The position numbers and the translations under genes were made by a program. A stretch of 64,000 bases of DNA from an uncultured Actinomycetes bacterium (GTDB lineage Bacteria; Actinomycetota; Acidimicrobiia; Spongiisociales; DATADW01): contig CAWGRK010000007.1 of the NCBI GenBank assembly GCA_963824995.1, positions 1-64,000 on the forward strand, in the 5' to 3' direction. Of the stretch, positions 1 to 11,330 are shown piece by piece (positions within the stretch are counted from its first letter, which is position 1; each line of letters starts with the position of its first letter). The notes below the pieces were generated by a model that was not told the origin of the DNA, ran no database searches, and saw nothing but the letters and a program-made list of their open reading frames with translations.

Positions 1-1125
1 TCGGCAGGAGCGTTCGCTGCCCAACTTGGCGCAGACCCGGTCGACGGTCACCTCTGCCATCTGGCGGTAGCTGGTCCATTTTCCTCCGGTGATCGTGATC
101 ATCCCGTCCACTCCATCCCTGGCGCTGTGGTCGAGCAGGGTGTAGGCGCGGGTGACATCGCGGGTGTCGGCAACCGCGGTCTCCTGGTAGAGCGGGCGAA
201 CACCCGCCCAGGCGCGGAGGATCCTCATGGCGGGAAGCTCGGGGACGAGCTTGGCGCCCTCCTCGATCATGAGGCGGATCTCCCAAGGCTCGATGGCGAA
301 GTGATCGGGGTCCGCCACCCGGTCATCGGTGGTGCCGACAACCGCCACCGTGTGGATTGGGACGATGATGTCTCCGTCGGCGGGCATCTTGCAGCGGTTC
401 ACCACCGTGTTCACCACCCGGTGGTTGATCGCCACCATGGTCCCCTTGCCGGCGAGCACGTGGACGTCGATTCCGACGGTTCCTGCGATCTTCCCCGCCC
501 AGGCACCGGACGCGTTGACCACGAGGTCGGCAGAGATCTCCACGTCCTCACCAGAGACCAGATCGTGACAACGCGCCCCGACCACGCGGTCACCCTCGCG
601 GACCAACTCGGTGACCTCGTGATAGGTGAGCACGGTGCTCCCGTGCTCCCGCGCCGAGGCCGCCGTGGCCTCGGTGGCCAAGAAAGAGTCGGCCGAGGCA
701 TCGGGGACCCGGAGACAGACGCTGATGTCCCTGTTGAGCAGCGGCTCCTCGCGCAGCATCTGGCCGATCGGCACCTCCTCGACCGGGATCCCGGCAGCGA
801 CGCACCCGTCAACGAATTTGGGTACGTAGTCGGCGTCGTCCCACGGGGTGACCACGAAATAGCCGCCGGTGTCCTCGAGACAGTGCGGCATGATCCGCCG
901 AAGTACCCGGTTCTCCTCGATGCACTCCCGAGCCGCCTCGGGGTCCTTGACCACGTAGCGCCCACCGCTGTGGAGCAGCCCGTGATAGCGCCCAGTGGTC
1001 CCGTGGCTCAGGTCGCGTCGCTCGACCAGGGCGGTGGCGAACCCCCGCATCGCCGCGTCCCGCACCACCCCGGCGCCGGTTGCTCCGCCTCCAATGACCA
1101 GCACCTCGGTCGCGATGCGCCGCAT
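1..1125 (-). CDS. FAD-dependent glycerol-3-phosphate dehydrogenase (GlpA/GlpD family), runs off the window start
   Basis: Manual translation from ATG at 1125: MRRIATEVLVIGGGATGAGVVRDAAMRG...DLSHGTTGRYHGLLHSGGRY...ECIEENRVLRRI; GxGxxG FAD motif and HGLLHSGGRY signature; not in the ORF track because it has no stop in the window. Confidence 0.9.
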   Translation of the reverse strand, partial: MRRIATEVLVIGGGATGAGVVRDAAMRGFATALVERRDLSHGTTGRYHGLLHSGGRYVVKDPEAARECIEENRVLRRIMPHCLEDTGGYFVVTPWDDADYVPKFVDGCVAAGIPVEEVPIGQMLREEPLLNRDISVCLRVPDASADSFLATEATAASAREHGSTVLTYHEVTELVREGDRVVGARCHDLVSGEDVEISADLVVNASGAWAGKIAGTVGIDVHVLAGKGTMVAINHRVVNTVVNRCKMPADGDIIVPIHTVAVVGTTDDRVADPDHFAIEPWEIRLMIEEGAKLVPELPAMRILRAWAGVRPLYQETAVADTRDVTRAYTLLDHSARDGVDGMITITGGKWTSYRQMAEVTVDRVCAKLGSERSCR

Positions 1126-1203
1126 CCCGCGAACTTAACCCAGCCCGCCTCCGAGGGTCGAGTCGCCAACGGTTGAGTGGGCCGTCACCTACGCTCGCCG
1201 ACC

Positions 1204-2307
1204 ATGGCGGACGCCATGATCCGGCTCGAAGACGTCAGCAAGAGGTATCAGGGGGCGGTCAACCCTGCGGTGGACTCGCTCTCGATGGAGATACCCCGTG
1301 GTGAGGTAGTGGTCCTGGTGGGGCCGTCTGGCTGCGGCAAGACCACCATCCTCAAGATGATCAACCGCTTGATCGAACCGACGTCGGGAGTGATCGAGGT
1401 CGACGGCCGGGACGTGAAATCGGTCGAGCCCTACGTGCTGCGTCGCGGGATCGGTTATGTGATCCAGCAGATCGGGCTCTTCCCACATCGCACGATCACC
1501 GACAACATCGCAGCCGTCCCCAAGCTCCTCGGGTGGGACAAGGAGCGCATCGAGGAGCGGGTTGATGAGCTGATCAAGCTCGTCGGGCTGGACCCGGAGA
1601 TGGCGGAGCGATATCCCGCAGCCCTCTCCGGCGGGCAGCAGCAACGTGTCGGGGTGGCGAGGGCGCTTGCCGCCGATCCGCCGGTGCTGTTGATGGACGA
1701 GCCATTCGGGGCGGTGGACCCGATCGTCCGGTCTCGGCTCCAGGAGGAGTTGCTCCGTCTCCAGGACCGATTGGACAAGACGATCGTCTTCGTCACCCAC
1801 GACATCGACGAGGCGATCAAGTTGGGGGACCGCGTCGCCATCCTCAACGTCGGTGGCAAGCTCGAGCAGTACGCCCAACCGGACGAGTTGCTCCGGGCGC
1901 CGGCCAACGACTTCGTCGCCGGTTTCCTCGGCGAGGACCGTGGGCTCAAGCGGCTCTCGCTCATACCGCTCACCTCGGTGGACCTGGTCAGGGGACCGAT
2001 GGCAGATGTCACCGACAGAGTCGAGGAGGCGGCGACGGTGATGCGCCGGGAGGGGACCGAATGGGTCGGGGTGCTCGACGGGGAGCTTCTTCTCGGCTGG
2101 CTATGGGCCACCGACCTAGATGGCAAGACAAATGTCGCCGACTGCGTGCCCCGCCAGTTCCGGACCACGATCCAAGCGGCCGCATCGCTGCGAGAGGCGC
2201 TCGACGCCGTGGTCAACACCCGCAACCAGGCGGCTGCGGTCCTCGACGGCGACCGCTATATCGGAATGCTGTTCCTCGACCAGATCTCCAAGGAGCTGCT
2301 GGCATGA
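1204..2307 (+). CDS. Osmoprotectant (glycine betaine/proline/choline) ABC transporter ATP-binding subunit with C-terminal CBS-like region
   Basis: Walker A GPSGCGKTT, LSGGQQQRV signature, LLMDEPFGAVDP; OpuA/ProV-like. Confidence 0.92.
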   Translation: MADAMIRLEDVSKRYQGAVNPAVDSLSMEIPRGEVVVLVGPSGCGKTTILKMINRLIEPTSGVIEVDGRDVKSVEPYVLRRGIGYVIQQIGLFPHRTITDNIAAVPKLLGWDKERIEERVDELIKLVGLDPEMAERYPAALSGGQQQRVGVARALAADPPVLLMDEPFGAVDPIVRSRLQEELLRLQDRLDKTIVFVTHDIDEAIKLGDRVAILNVGGKLEQYAQPDELLRAPANDFVAGFLGEDRGLKRLSLIPLTSVDLVRGPMADVTDRVEEAATVMRREGTEWVGVLDGELLLGWLWATDLDGKTNVADCVPRQFRTTIQAAASLREALDAVVNTRNQAAAVLDGDRYIGMLFLDQISKELLA

Positions 2308-2358
2308 GCACCCAGATCTCACCAACCCAGGGTTGGCAGCTACCGGCGAACCGTCCCC

Positions 2359-3006
2359 ATGATCGACTGGGAGTGGATCGCCGACCAGGGGGACGAGATC
2401 TGGGAGCGCACCCTCGAGCATGTGACCCTCACCGTTATCGCGGTGGTGGTCGGTCTGGTGATCTCTGCGCTGCTCGCTCTGGTGGCCCTCCGCAACAGAC
2501 GCACCTACGCCCCCATCACCTGGACAGCCGGTGTGCTCTACACGATCCCGAGCATCGCCCTCTTCGTCCTTTTGGTGCCCTTCACCGGGCTGAGCATGCT
2601 CACCGCCGAGATAGGACTGGTCAGCTACACGCTGCTGATCCTGGTGCGCAACATCGTCGCCGGCATCGACGGGGTGCACCCATCGGTGGTGGAGGCGGCG
2701 CGCGGTGTGGGATACACCGACCGGGGGATTCTCCGCCGCGTCCAGATCCCTCTGGCGCTCCCCGTGATCGTCGCCGGCATCCGGGTGGCGGCGGTTACGA
2801 CGGTGGGACTGGTGACGGTCACGTTCATCGTCGGGTACGGCGGGTTCGGGTTCTTCATCAGGCGCGGGCTGGCCAGGGACTTTCCCACCGAGATCCTGCT
2901 GGGAGTCGTGCTGTCGGCCCTGTTGGCGGTGCTGGTTGACCTGGCCCTGGTGGCGGCCGAGAGGTACTTGACCCCCTGGTCCAAAGCGAAAGCGGGCGTT
3001 CGATGA
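2359..3006 (+). CDS. Osmoprotectant ABC transporter permease
   Basis: Hydrophobic protein with YTIPSIALF and EAARGVG (EAA loop); true start may be the ATG at 2304 with an indel. Confidence 0.9.
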   Translation: MIDWEWIADQGDEIWERTLEHVTLTVIAVVVGLVISALLALVALRNRRTYAPITWTAGVLYTIPSIALFVLLVPFTGLSMLTAEIGLVSYTLLILVRNIVAGIDGVHPSVVEAARGVGYTDRGILRRVQIPLALPVIVAGIRVAAVTTVGLVTVTFIVGYGGFGFFIRRGLARDFPTEILLGVVLSALLAVLVDLALVAAERYLTPWSKAKAGVR

Positions 3007-3716
3007 GCTTCCTTCAGGAAGTTGCAGCCTGGCTCGGCGATCCAGCCAATTGGACCGGCGAGCGGGGCCTGATCACCCGGACCCTCGACCACATCTGGAT
3101 CTCGGTGGTCTCTGTGGCGATCGCAGTGGTGCTCACCGTACCGCTGGCGGTCGTCCTCGCTCACTACAGGAAAGGCGGATTGTTCACCGGGTCGCTGGTC
3201 AACCTGGGCCGGGCCATACCCTCCTTCGGGCTCGTTGCACTGGCCTACACGGTCAGCCTCTCCATCGGGCTGGGTATCGGGTTCTGGCCCACGTTGGTGG
3301 CGCTGGTGGCGCTGGCCATGCCTCCCATATTCACCAACGCCCACACGGGAGTTGGCCAGGTGGACCGGGCGACAGTCGAGGCGGGCCGCGGCACCGGCAT
3401 GTCAGAGCGCCAGGTGCTCCTCGGAGTAGAAGTGCCCCTGGCCATGCCGGTGATCTGGACCGCCATCCGCGTGTCGGCTGTGGCGGTGGTGGCCACGGCC
3501 ACCCTCGGTGCCATCGTCGGCTGGGGCGGGCTGGGGCGGTACGTGATCGACGGGTTTGCCCAAGGCGACGATGTCCAGATCTTCGTCGGCGGGGTCTCGG
3601 TCGCCCTCCTGGCCATCGCCACCGACCTCTTCTTCACGGTCGGTGAGAGATGGGCTCTGCCAGCGGGGACTCGGCCCAAGGACCGGACCGAAGTGGAGGC
3701 GGCACCGAAGATCTGA
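3003..3716 (+). CDS. Osmoprotectant ABC transporter permease
   Basis: GRAIPSFG, EAGRGTGMS, GWGGLGRY motifs; ATGA overlap with previous gene. Confidence 0.9.
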   Translation: MSFLQEVAAWLGDPANWTGERGLITRTLDHIWISVVSVAIAVVLTVPLAVVLAHYRKGGLFTGSLVNLGRAIPSFGLVALAYTVSLSIGLGIGFWPTLVALVALAMPPIFTNAHTGVGQVDRATVEAGRGTGMSERQVLLGVEVPLAMPVIWTAIRVSAVAVVATATLGAIVGWGGLGRYVIDGFAQGDDVQIFVGGVSVALLAIATDLFFTVGERWALPAGTRPKDRTEVEAAPKI

Positions 3717-3834
3717 TTCTCCGCGGCCCCTGGCCCGCTCGGATGATCGAGGGTCCCGGCGGGTAAGCCGGGGGGTCCAGTTATCGTGACGCCGCCACTG
3801 GCCGTCGGCTGGTGTCTGACCGAAAGGAGAACCC

Positions 3835-4764
3835 ATGCGGAGCAGCGTCCGCAATGGTGTCATTGGGGCGACCCTGGTGCTGGCCATTCTGGCCGCCGCC
3901 TGCGGGTCGGGTGATGGCACCGGTGAAGCGATTGAAGGACCAACCATCACGATCGGCGCCCAGGACTTCGGCGAGAGCGCCATCCTCGCCGAGATATACA
4001 GCCAGGCCCTCGCCGACGGCGGGTACACCACCGAGGTTCAGAGCCTCGCCGGATTCCGCGACCTGTCGATGGAGGCGTTCGACTCCGGCGAGATCAACTT
4101 CGCACCCGAATACGCCGCATCGATGCTCGAGTTCCTCAACGACTTCGCCGGCGAGGCCACCAGCGACGCTGCCGAGACCACCGAGCTTCTCCAGGCGCGC
4201 CTCGATGAGATCGGGCTGCAGGCTCTCGAGGTGTCCGATGCGGTCGACACGAACGCATTCGTCGTCACCCCCGAGACCTCCGAGGAGTTCGGCATCACCT
4301 CGCTCAGCGACTTGGCCGAGAACGGGGCCGACCTCACGCTGGGCGGGCCCCCCGACTGCGAGACCAACCCGTTCTGCATCCCCGGGCTCCAGGAGGTCTA
4401 CGGCGTGGACCTCAGCGGCAACTTCACGCCGCTCGACGCCGGTCAGGTGACCGTACAGGCGTTGGAGAGCGGCGAGATCGATATCGCCATCCTCTTCTCC
4501 ACCGACGGGATCATCGCCGACAAAGGCTGGGTGCTGCTCGAGGACGACCAGAGCATGCTGGCCGCCGACAACGTGGTGCCCGTGGTCTCCACCGAGGTGG
4601 CGGAGGCATACGGCCAAGAGGTCGCCGATCTGGTCAACGCGGTCAGCGCCGAGCTCACCACCGACGACCTCACCGAGATGAATCGCAAGTTCCTCATCGA
4701 GCAGCAAGATCCTGGAGACATCGCCACCGAGTGGCTCACCGGAAAGGGATTGATCGAGAGCTAG
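3835..4764 (+). CDS. Osmoprotectant ABC transporter substrate-binding lipoprotein (OpuAC family)
   Basis: Lipobox LAAAC; GAQDFGESAILAEIYSQAL, PEY, CIPGLQEVYG; RBS AAAGGAG upstream. Confidence 0.9.
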   Translation: MRSSVRNGVIGATLVLAILAAACGSGDGTGEAIEGPTITIGAQDFGESAILAEIYSQALADGGYTTEVQSLAGFRDLSMEAFDSGEINFAPEYAASMLEFLNDFAGEATSDAAETTELLQARLDEIGLQALEVSDAVDTNAFVVTPETSEEFGITSLSDLAENGADLTLGGPPDCETNPFCIPGLQEVYGVDLSGNFTPLDAGQVTVQALESGEIDIAILFSTDGIIADKGWVLLEDDQSMLAADNVVPVVSTEVAEAYGQEVADLVNAVSAELTTDDLTEMNRKFLIEQQDPGDIATEWLTGKGLIES

Positions 4765-4790
4765 CCCCTCTCGCTCCGACTGACACCGCC

Positions 4791-7700
4791 ATGACTGCCG
4801 GTTACTACCGCCACCCAACCATCAGCGGCGACACGATCGTCTTCGTCTCCGAGGACGACCTTTGGCGCGTTGACGTGGACGGCGGTCCAGCCCAGCGGCT
4901 GACGGCGAACCCGGGCACCGAGACTTTCCCGGTGCTGTCACCCGATGGAGCGTCGGTCGCCTTCACCAGCCGCGACGAGGGCCATCCCGAGGCCTATGTG
5001 ATGTCCGCCGAGGGCGGTCCGCCGCGGCGGCTCACCTTCCTCGGGGTGAACACCCAGGCGGTCGGCTGGTCAAACGACGGCGGACGGGTGCTGGTTGCCA
5101 GCGATTGGCGTCGCCCGTTCCCGATGGACCAGCACATCCACGCCATTTCCGTCGACGGTAGCGAACCGACGCTGCTCCCCTTCGGCCCGGCAAGGGCCAT
5201 CTCGTTCCAAGGCGGTGGTTCGGGTGTGGTCATCGGTCGCAACAGCCGCGACCCGGCTCGCTGGAAGCGGTATCGCGGCGGGACCACGGGGACGTTGTGG
5301 GTAGACCGTCAGGGCGACGGAGACTTCGAGCCACTGATCCGTCTGGAGGGAAATCTGGCCAATCCGATGTGGATCGGGCGACGCATCTACTTCCTGTCCG
5401 ACCACGAGGGGACCGGCAACCTCTACTCGGTGACCCCCACCGGCCGCGGGCTGGAGCGGCACACCGGCCACGAGGACTACTACGCCCGGTTCCCCAGCAG
5501 TGACGGACGCCGGGTCGTATATCACGCCGGCGCCGACCTGTGGCTTTTCGACCCGGTCGAGGAGACCAGCAGACAACTCGATGTGCGCACTCCCAGTGCC
5601 CGCCCCCAGCGGGCGCGTCGCTTCATGGCTCCTGGGCGGCACCTGGAGACGATCGACCTCCACCCCAAAGGCCACTCGGTGGCGCTGGTCGCCCGGGGAG
5701 CAGCCGTGACAATCCCTCTCTGGGAGGGCGCCCCGGTCCGTCACGGCCCGGCCTCCTCAGTGCGACAGCGCCTCGCCACCTGGCTCCCCGACGGTGAGCG
5801 CCTGGTGACCATGAGCGACGCCGAGGGTGAGGAGGCGATCGTGGTGTGGCGTGCCGACGGCACCGCGCCACGACGATTGATAAAGGGTGACGTCGGCCGG
5901 CCCACCGACATCGTGGCGGCCCCTGCGGGGCGTGACAGGGTGGCACTGAGCAACCAGCGCCAGGAGCTGATCGTCGTGGACCTGGCGCAGGGCCGGTCGA
6001 AAGGGATCGCACGGAGTGACTACGAGCGGATACAGGGCATTTCCTGGTCGGCGGACGGACGCTGGCTCGCATACGCCGCATACACCTCGCCGTGCGCGCT
6101 CGGCGATCTTCGTCCACGACACGGTGAACGGGCGGACCAGACAGGTGACACGGTCCGACTTCGTAGACGTCGGGCCCGTCTTTCGACCCGGAGGGCCGTT
6201 ACCTCTACTTCGTCTCGTGGCGGGTGTTCGACCCTGTCTACGACGGGCATTACCACGACTACGGGTTCCCCCGCGGGGGGAGACCCCATCTGGTCACGCT
6301 GCGCGCCACCGAGCCATCGCCGTTCTCCGCCACACAGAGACAGCCACGGGCGCCGGGTCAGCCGGCGGGCCCGGGGGAGGGTCCCGGAAAGCCCGGCCCT
6401 GACAAGACGGGCCCTGACAAGACGGGCCCCGAGAACGCCGCTTCCACCAAAGATCAGGCGCCCCCCGACGTCGAGATCGACTTCGACGGGATCGAGGACC
6501 GGGTCGTTGCTTTTCCCGTTGCCGAGGGTCGTTTTGGCCGTGTGCTCGGGGGGCGGGGCCGGGTCCTATTCACCTCCTATCCGGTGGAGGGGACGCTGGC
6601 ACAACCGGCCCCCGATGGTCCCCCCGAGCCCAAGGGCAAGATCGAGGCCTGGGACTTCGCCCAGGAGAAGGTCGAGCCCGTCATGGAAGGCGTGCTCGAC
6701 ATGACGGTGTCGTTGGACGGGAAGGTGCTCGGGGCGCTCGCCGGACCGAAGGTCCGGGTTGTGGCCGTCGGGTTCAAGGAGGGCGACAAGGCGAACGACA
6801 AGCCGAGCCGCGAGACCGGATGGCTCGACCTGAGCAGGGTCCGTCTCGAGGTCGTGCCCGGCGAGGAGTGGCGCCAGATGTTTCGCGAAGCCTGGCGGCT
6901 CCAGCGGGACCAGTACTGGACCCCCGACATGGCCGGGATCGATTGGATCGCCGTCCACGACCGCTACTTCCCTCTGGTCGACCGGGTTGGTTCGCGGTCC
7001 GAGTTCTCCGACCTCCTCTGGGAGATGCAGGGTGAGTTGGGCACCTCCCACGCCTACGAGCTTGGCGGCGACTACCGGCCGGAGCCCGGGTGGTTCCAGG
7101 GCTTTCTCGGCGCCGACCTGGAAAAGAGCGGCCAGTCGTGGAGAGTGGTCAACATCCCCCGTGGCGACTCCTGGGACGAGGCCGCTCGATCACCGCTGGC
7201 GACACCGGGCCTCGACTTGGCCGAGGGTGATCGGCTCATTGGTATCGACGGTGTCGCCCTCGACGGGACCATGCCGTACGAGCGGTTGGTGGACCGCGCC
7301 GGGAGGCCAGTGCTGCTGACGGTGCAACGAGGCCGGCGCAAGCCCAGATCGGTCGCGGTGGTGACGCTTCGCAACGAGTTCCCGTTGCGCTACCGCGACT
7401 GGGTCGAGGCGAACCGGGCAAAGGTCCACGAAAGGAGCGGCGACCGTCTGGGGTATGTCCACATCCCCGACATGGGGTCGCGGGGGTTCTCCGAGTTCCA
7501 CCGCTACTTCGGAGGCGAGGTGGACCGCGACGGGCTCGTGATCGACGTCCGCAACAACGGGGGAGGGAACGTCTCCGGACTCCTCCTCGAGAAGCTGGCG
7601 AGGCGTCGGGTGGCTTACACCGTCACCCGCTGGGGACAGCCCGATCCCTACCCCGATGACGCACCGTTGGGCCCCATGGTGGCGCTGACCAACGAGCATG

Positions 7701-8101
7701 CCGGGTCGGACGGCGACATCTTCTGTCACGCCTTCAAGATGTACCGTCTCGGCCCGCTGATCGGGGTTCGCACCTGGGGCGGGGTGGTCGGGATATTTCC
7801 GCGCCACGTTCTGGTGGACGGGACCGTGACCACTCAGCCCGAGTTCGCCTTCTGGTTCGAGGACGTGGGTTGGAGCGTCGAGAACTACGGGACAGACCCC
7901 GACATTGTGGTGGAGATGACACCGCAGGACTACGCGGCGGGACGGGACCCGCAGTTGGACAGGGCGATCGACGAAGCGCTCGGCATCGTGGAGCGTTGGG
8001 GCCCGTCGGCCCCCAGCTTCGATCCCCCTCCGTCTCGCCAGGCACCTCGTCTGCCGGTGATCGATCCGCCTCCGGCTCCGGCGAGCGACACCCCGGCCTG
8101 A
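4791..8101 (+). CDS. Tricorn protease (peptidase S41, beta-propellers + PDZ); two apparent indels near 6095 and 6183
   Basis: N-terminus GYYRHPTISGDTIVFVSEDDLW, WKRYRGGT; C-terminus GELGTSHAY, DVRNNGGG, catalytic NEHAGSDGD, RTWGGVVGI; joins ORFs 4731, 6016 and 6224. Confidence 0.9.
6395..6430 (+). repeat. 15-bp in-frame tandem duplication (GGCCCTGACAAGACG x2 plus partial) in the tricorn linker
   Basis: Encodes GPDKT-GPDKT-GP. Confidence 0.85.
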
Positions 8102-8184
8102 CTCGCGCCGAGGTGACGCGCTGAGGGTGCCTCGCCACGGCGAACGCTGGAGCCTGGCCTATCCCACCGCTCAGACTTCTGCGT

Positions 8185-9171
8185 TTGGTGAGGTTCGCGT
8201 GGAGGTCAGGGGCCCTCCTCGTGGTGCTACTCCAGACGCTGCTCATCGCGGCGCCTACGGCGTCTGCCAGCCACGGCTGGCTGTCGTCGCTCGCCCTGGC
8301 CGACTCTCCCGAGCAGCACCTGCTCGAGTTGACCAACGACTCGAGGGCCGCAGCCGGGCTTCCCGATCTGGTCTGGCACGGAGATCTGGCCGATGACGCC
8401 GAGGCTCAAGCACAGCGGATGGCCGACTCGGATCAGCTGTACCACACACCCGATCTGACATCGGTGACCAACGGTTGGGCCAGCCTCGGGGAGAACGTCG
8501 GGTTCGGCGGATCGGTCGATGCCGTCCACGACGCCTTCATGGCATCCACCGGGCACAAGGACAACGTCCTCGGTGGATGGGACTCGATCGGGGTGGGGGT
8601 CGTGGCCGACGGGGGCGTCGTCTGGATATCGGTCATCTTCATGAAGAGCCTCACGCCGAGCGGTGCCTTCACCGACGACGACGGCTCGACCCACGAGGAT
8701 GCGATCAACCGCCTGGCAGCCTCGGGTGTGACCAACGGCTGCGGCGCCGGTGTCTACTGCCCGGAAGACCCGGTGACGCGAGCGGAGATGGCGAGCTTCC
8801 TGGCCAGGGCACTCGGGCTCGCCGATCCCGGGCGGAACGCCTTCTCGGATGATGACGGTTCGGTCCACGAGTGGGCGATCGATGCTGTAGCCAATGCCGG
8901 CATCACATTGGGCTGCGCCACCGGCCGGTTCTGCCCCGAGGAGAGCGTGTCGAGAGCGGCAATGGCCAGCTTCCTCGCCCGTGCCCTCGACTTGGGCGAC
9001 CCCGGCACCGACGTCTTCACGGATGACGACGGCTCTGCTCACGAGGGCGCCATCGACGCCATCGCCGCGGCCGGTGTCACCAACGGCTGCGGCACCGGCA
9101 GGTACTGCCCCGATCAGCCGGTGACCCGCGCCGAGATGGCGAGCTTTCTGGTGAGGGCCTTCAACCTCTAG
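8185..9171 (+). CDS. Secreted CAP (SCP) domain protein with three C-terminal SLH-like repeats
   Basis: Signal peptide; TNDSRAAAGL...GENVG...FMASTGHKDNVL (CAP); three FTDDDGSxHExAIxxxAxxGVTNGC...YCP..PVTRAEMASFL repeats. Confidence 0.85.
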   Translation: MVRFAWRSGALLVVLLQTLLIAAPTASASHGWLSSLALADSPEQHLLELTNDSRAAAGLPDLVWHGDLADDAEAQAQRMADSDQLYHTPDLTSVTNGWASLGENVGFGGSVDAVHDAFMASTGHKDNVLGGWDSIGVGVVADGGVVWISVIFMKSLTPSGAFTDDDGSTHEDAINRLAASGVTNGCGAGVYCPEDPVTRAEMASFLARALGLADPGRNAFSDDDGSVHEWAIDAVANAGITLGCATGRFCPEESVSRAAMASFLARALDLGDPGTDVFTDDDGSAHEGAIDAIAAAGVTNGCGTGRYCPDQPVTRAEMASFLVRAFNL

Positions 9172-9177
9172 AACGAA

Positions 9178-9256
9178 GACGGCGGACGGCGGACGGCGGA
9201 CGGCGGCCCGAATAAGACGGAAGACGGAAGGAAAGAACCCAAGACGGCTGACGGCA
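9178..9256 (+). repeat. Family A heptamer tandem repeats (GACGGCG x4, GACGGAA x2, GACGGCT/A x2)
   Basis: Read directly; begins 7 nt after the TAG at 9171. Confidence 0.9.
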
Positions 9257-9302
9257 GCCAGAACTGAGGTCCATCCGCTTGGTCGAGGGTCAGCGGTTTC
9301 CG

Positions 9303-10367
9303 CTAAGGCCGAGTTTCTAGCTGGGCCACCATTCGCTCGCCGATCTCGGCTGTGCTGGCCCCCATCTCGGGGCCTCCCATGGCGTCGAGGGTGGGGAGGA
9401 CGGCGGCTACCGCCGACTCAATGGCCTGGGCGGCCTCCTTCTCACCGAGATGGTCGAGACACATCGCCGCCGAGAGGACCGCGGCCGCCGGGTTGGCCCA
9501 ACCCTTACCGGCGATGTCGGGCGCCGAGCCGTGGACCGGTTCGAACATCGATGGCCGCCGCCGTTCCGGATCGATGTTTCCCGAGGCGGCTACGCCCATT
9601 CCGCCCTGGATGGCAGCGCCGAGGTCGGTGATGATGTCTCCGAACAGGTTGTCGGTGACCATTACATCGAACCGCCCCGGATCTGTCACCAGATAGAGAC
9701 AAGCGGCATCGACGTGGACGTAGTCGAGTTCGACCGAGGGATGGCTGGCCGCAACCGATGAGGCGGTCCGCTGCCACAGATCACCGGCCCAGGTGAGCAC
9801 GTTTGTCTTGTGGCATAGGGTCAGCTTGTGGCGTCTCCGCTCGGCCAACTCGAACGAGTATCGGATGATCCGCTCTACCCCGTGGTATGTATTGAGCGAT
9901 TCCTGGGTGGCCACCTCTAGCGTGGTTCCCTGGCGGAGGACGCCCCCGGCGCCGGCGTACGGGCCCTCGGTGTTCTCGCGGACGACGACGAGATCGAGCC
10001 GTTCGGGCGTCAGTCCGGCCACCGGTGAGGGGACTCCTTGGTAGAGCTTGACCGGGCGGAGGTTCACGTAGAGGTCGAAGTCGAAGCGAAGCCTGAGCAG
10101 CAGTCCCCGCTCGAGGACACCAGGGGGGACCTCGGGAGTGCCCACCGCCCCGAGCAGGATGGCGTCGTGCTCGGCCAGTTCCGCCTCCACTCCGTCTGGG
10201 AGCACCTCACCGGTGCGCAGGTAGCGGTCGCCACCGAGGTCGTACGGACTCTCCTCGATGGTGAACCCGAACCGGTGCCCGACGGCGCGTGTCGCCTCGA
10301 GCGCCACGGCGGTGACCTCGGGGCCGACCCCGTCACCCCCGATCACGGCAATCCGGTAGTTGGCCAT
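9303..10367 (-). CDS. leuB: 3-isopropylmalate dehydrogenase
   Basis: [43 protein letters not shown]. Confidence 0.93.
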   Translation of the reverse strand: MANYRIAVIGGDGVGPEVTAVALEATRAVGHRFGFTIEESPYDLGGDRYLRTGEVLPDGVEAELAEHDAILLGAVGTPEVPPGVLERGLLLRLRFDFDLYVNLRPVKLYQGVPSPVAGLTPERLDLVVVRENTEGPYAGAGGVLRQGTTLEVATQESLNTYHGVERIIRYSFELAERRRHKLTLCHKTNVLTWAGDLWQRTASSVAASHPSVELDYVHVDAACLYLVTDPGRFDVMVTDNLFGDIITDLGAAIQGGMGVAASGNIDPERRRPSMFEPVHGSAPDIAGKGWANPAAAVLSAAMCLDHLGEKEAAQAIESAVAAVLPTLDAMGGPEMGASTAEIGERMVAQLETRP

Positions 10368-10429
10368 CGGCGGCACGCTACTGCCCACCACCCGGCGCAA
10401 CTCTTCAGAGCAGCGACGATGATGGTGTC

Positions 10430-11218
10430 GTGATCGACAATCGGATCCCGGACCCGTACCGGACCCTCGGAGTGGACCCGGCGACGCCACCTGAGGAGGT
10501 GCGGCGCGCCTACCTGAGGGCCATCCGGGCGGTCCACCCCGACCTGGCTCCCGGGCGGGAGGAGGAGGCCAGGGCGATCAACCAGGCCTACCGGGCGATC
10601 CTGGGCCGGCAGCGCGCCGCTTCGACGCCGGCGTCGGGTGCCACGGCACCGCCCCCGCCTTCGCCACCGCAGACTGCAACTCGGCCTGGATCACCGGCTC
10701 CGCGCCGGGTCCATCGCCCGAGCGTCGCCGAGAGGGTGTCGCTTTGGACCGGGGCCATCGTGGTGGTCGGTATCGCCCTGTGGGCGGGAACCGCCGTGCG
10801 GAGTGGCCCTACTGCGGTTACCCCATCCGAGCCAAACCCGGCCACGGTCATCGCCGAGTGCGAGATGGAGGTCTCGGCAGCGTTCGGACGGGCGCTCGAC
10901 GCTCACGACAGGGCCGACATCGCGGTGACAAGAGCGGCTGCAGCGGGGGGCCTCTCCGAGGAACCGGCCCGGCTCGACGGGTCGCTCGCCGCCGCTGAAA
11001 GCGGGGTGCGGAGGCTTGATCGGAGCCAGCTCAGCGACGCCGGGCAGCGGCTGGCATCGAGCGTCCTGGCGCTCATCGAAGACGACCGAGTGATCGTGGC
11101 CCACGCCTCGCAGCGGCGCTGGGATCTCGTCGGAATCGGTCAGCGCCAAGCCGACGCCCAACTCGACCAGACCCTCGATCTGATCCGGGCCACCGCCACC
11201 CTCCCACTCTGCGGGTGA
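10430..11218 (+). CDS. J-domain (DnaJ-like) membrane protein
   Basis: DPYRTLGV...VRRAY...HPD...INQAY, Pro-rich linker, one TM helix, helical C-terminus. Confidence 0.75.
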   Translation: MIDNRIPDPYRTLGVDPATPPEEVRRAYLRAIRAVHPDLAPGREEEARAINQAYRAILGRQRAASTPASGATAPPPPSPPQTATRPGSPAPRRVHRPSVAERVSLWTGAIVVVGIALWAGTAVRSGPTAVTPSEPNPATVIAECEMEVSAAFGRALDAHDRADIAVTRAAAAGGLSEEPARLDGSLAAAESGVRRLDRSQLSDAGQRLASSVLALIEDDRVIVAHASQRRWDLVGIGQRQADAQLDQTLDLIRATATLPLCG

Positions 11219-11249
11219 GCGAACTGGCGGCGACCGGAATTCCGCGGCC

Positions 11250-11305
11250 AAATAAACGGAGCCGGGTTCGCCTCCGACCATGCGGTCTGTGCGAACCCGG
11301 CTCCG
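11250..11305 (-). terminator. Intrinsic terminator for the minus-strand repeat-protein gene
   Basis: Perfect 15-bp stem CGGAGCCGGGTTCGC (11257-11271) / GCGAACCCGGCTCCG (11291-11305) followed by TTTATTT on the minus strand. Confidence 0.75.
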
Positions 11306-11330
11306 CGCCGGTGAGTGAATCAGCCTCGTT

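Noticed and set aside
127..1176. 349-aa plus-strand ORF
   Set aside because: Antisense shadow of the minus-strand glycerol-3-phosphate dehydrogenase
4791..8101. Programmed frameshifting or pseudogenisation of tricorn protease
   Set aside because: No clear slippery site, catalytic motifs intact, and similar indels occur throughout the window
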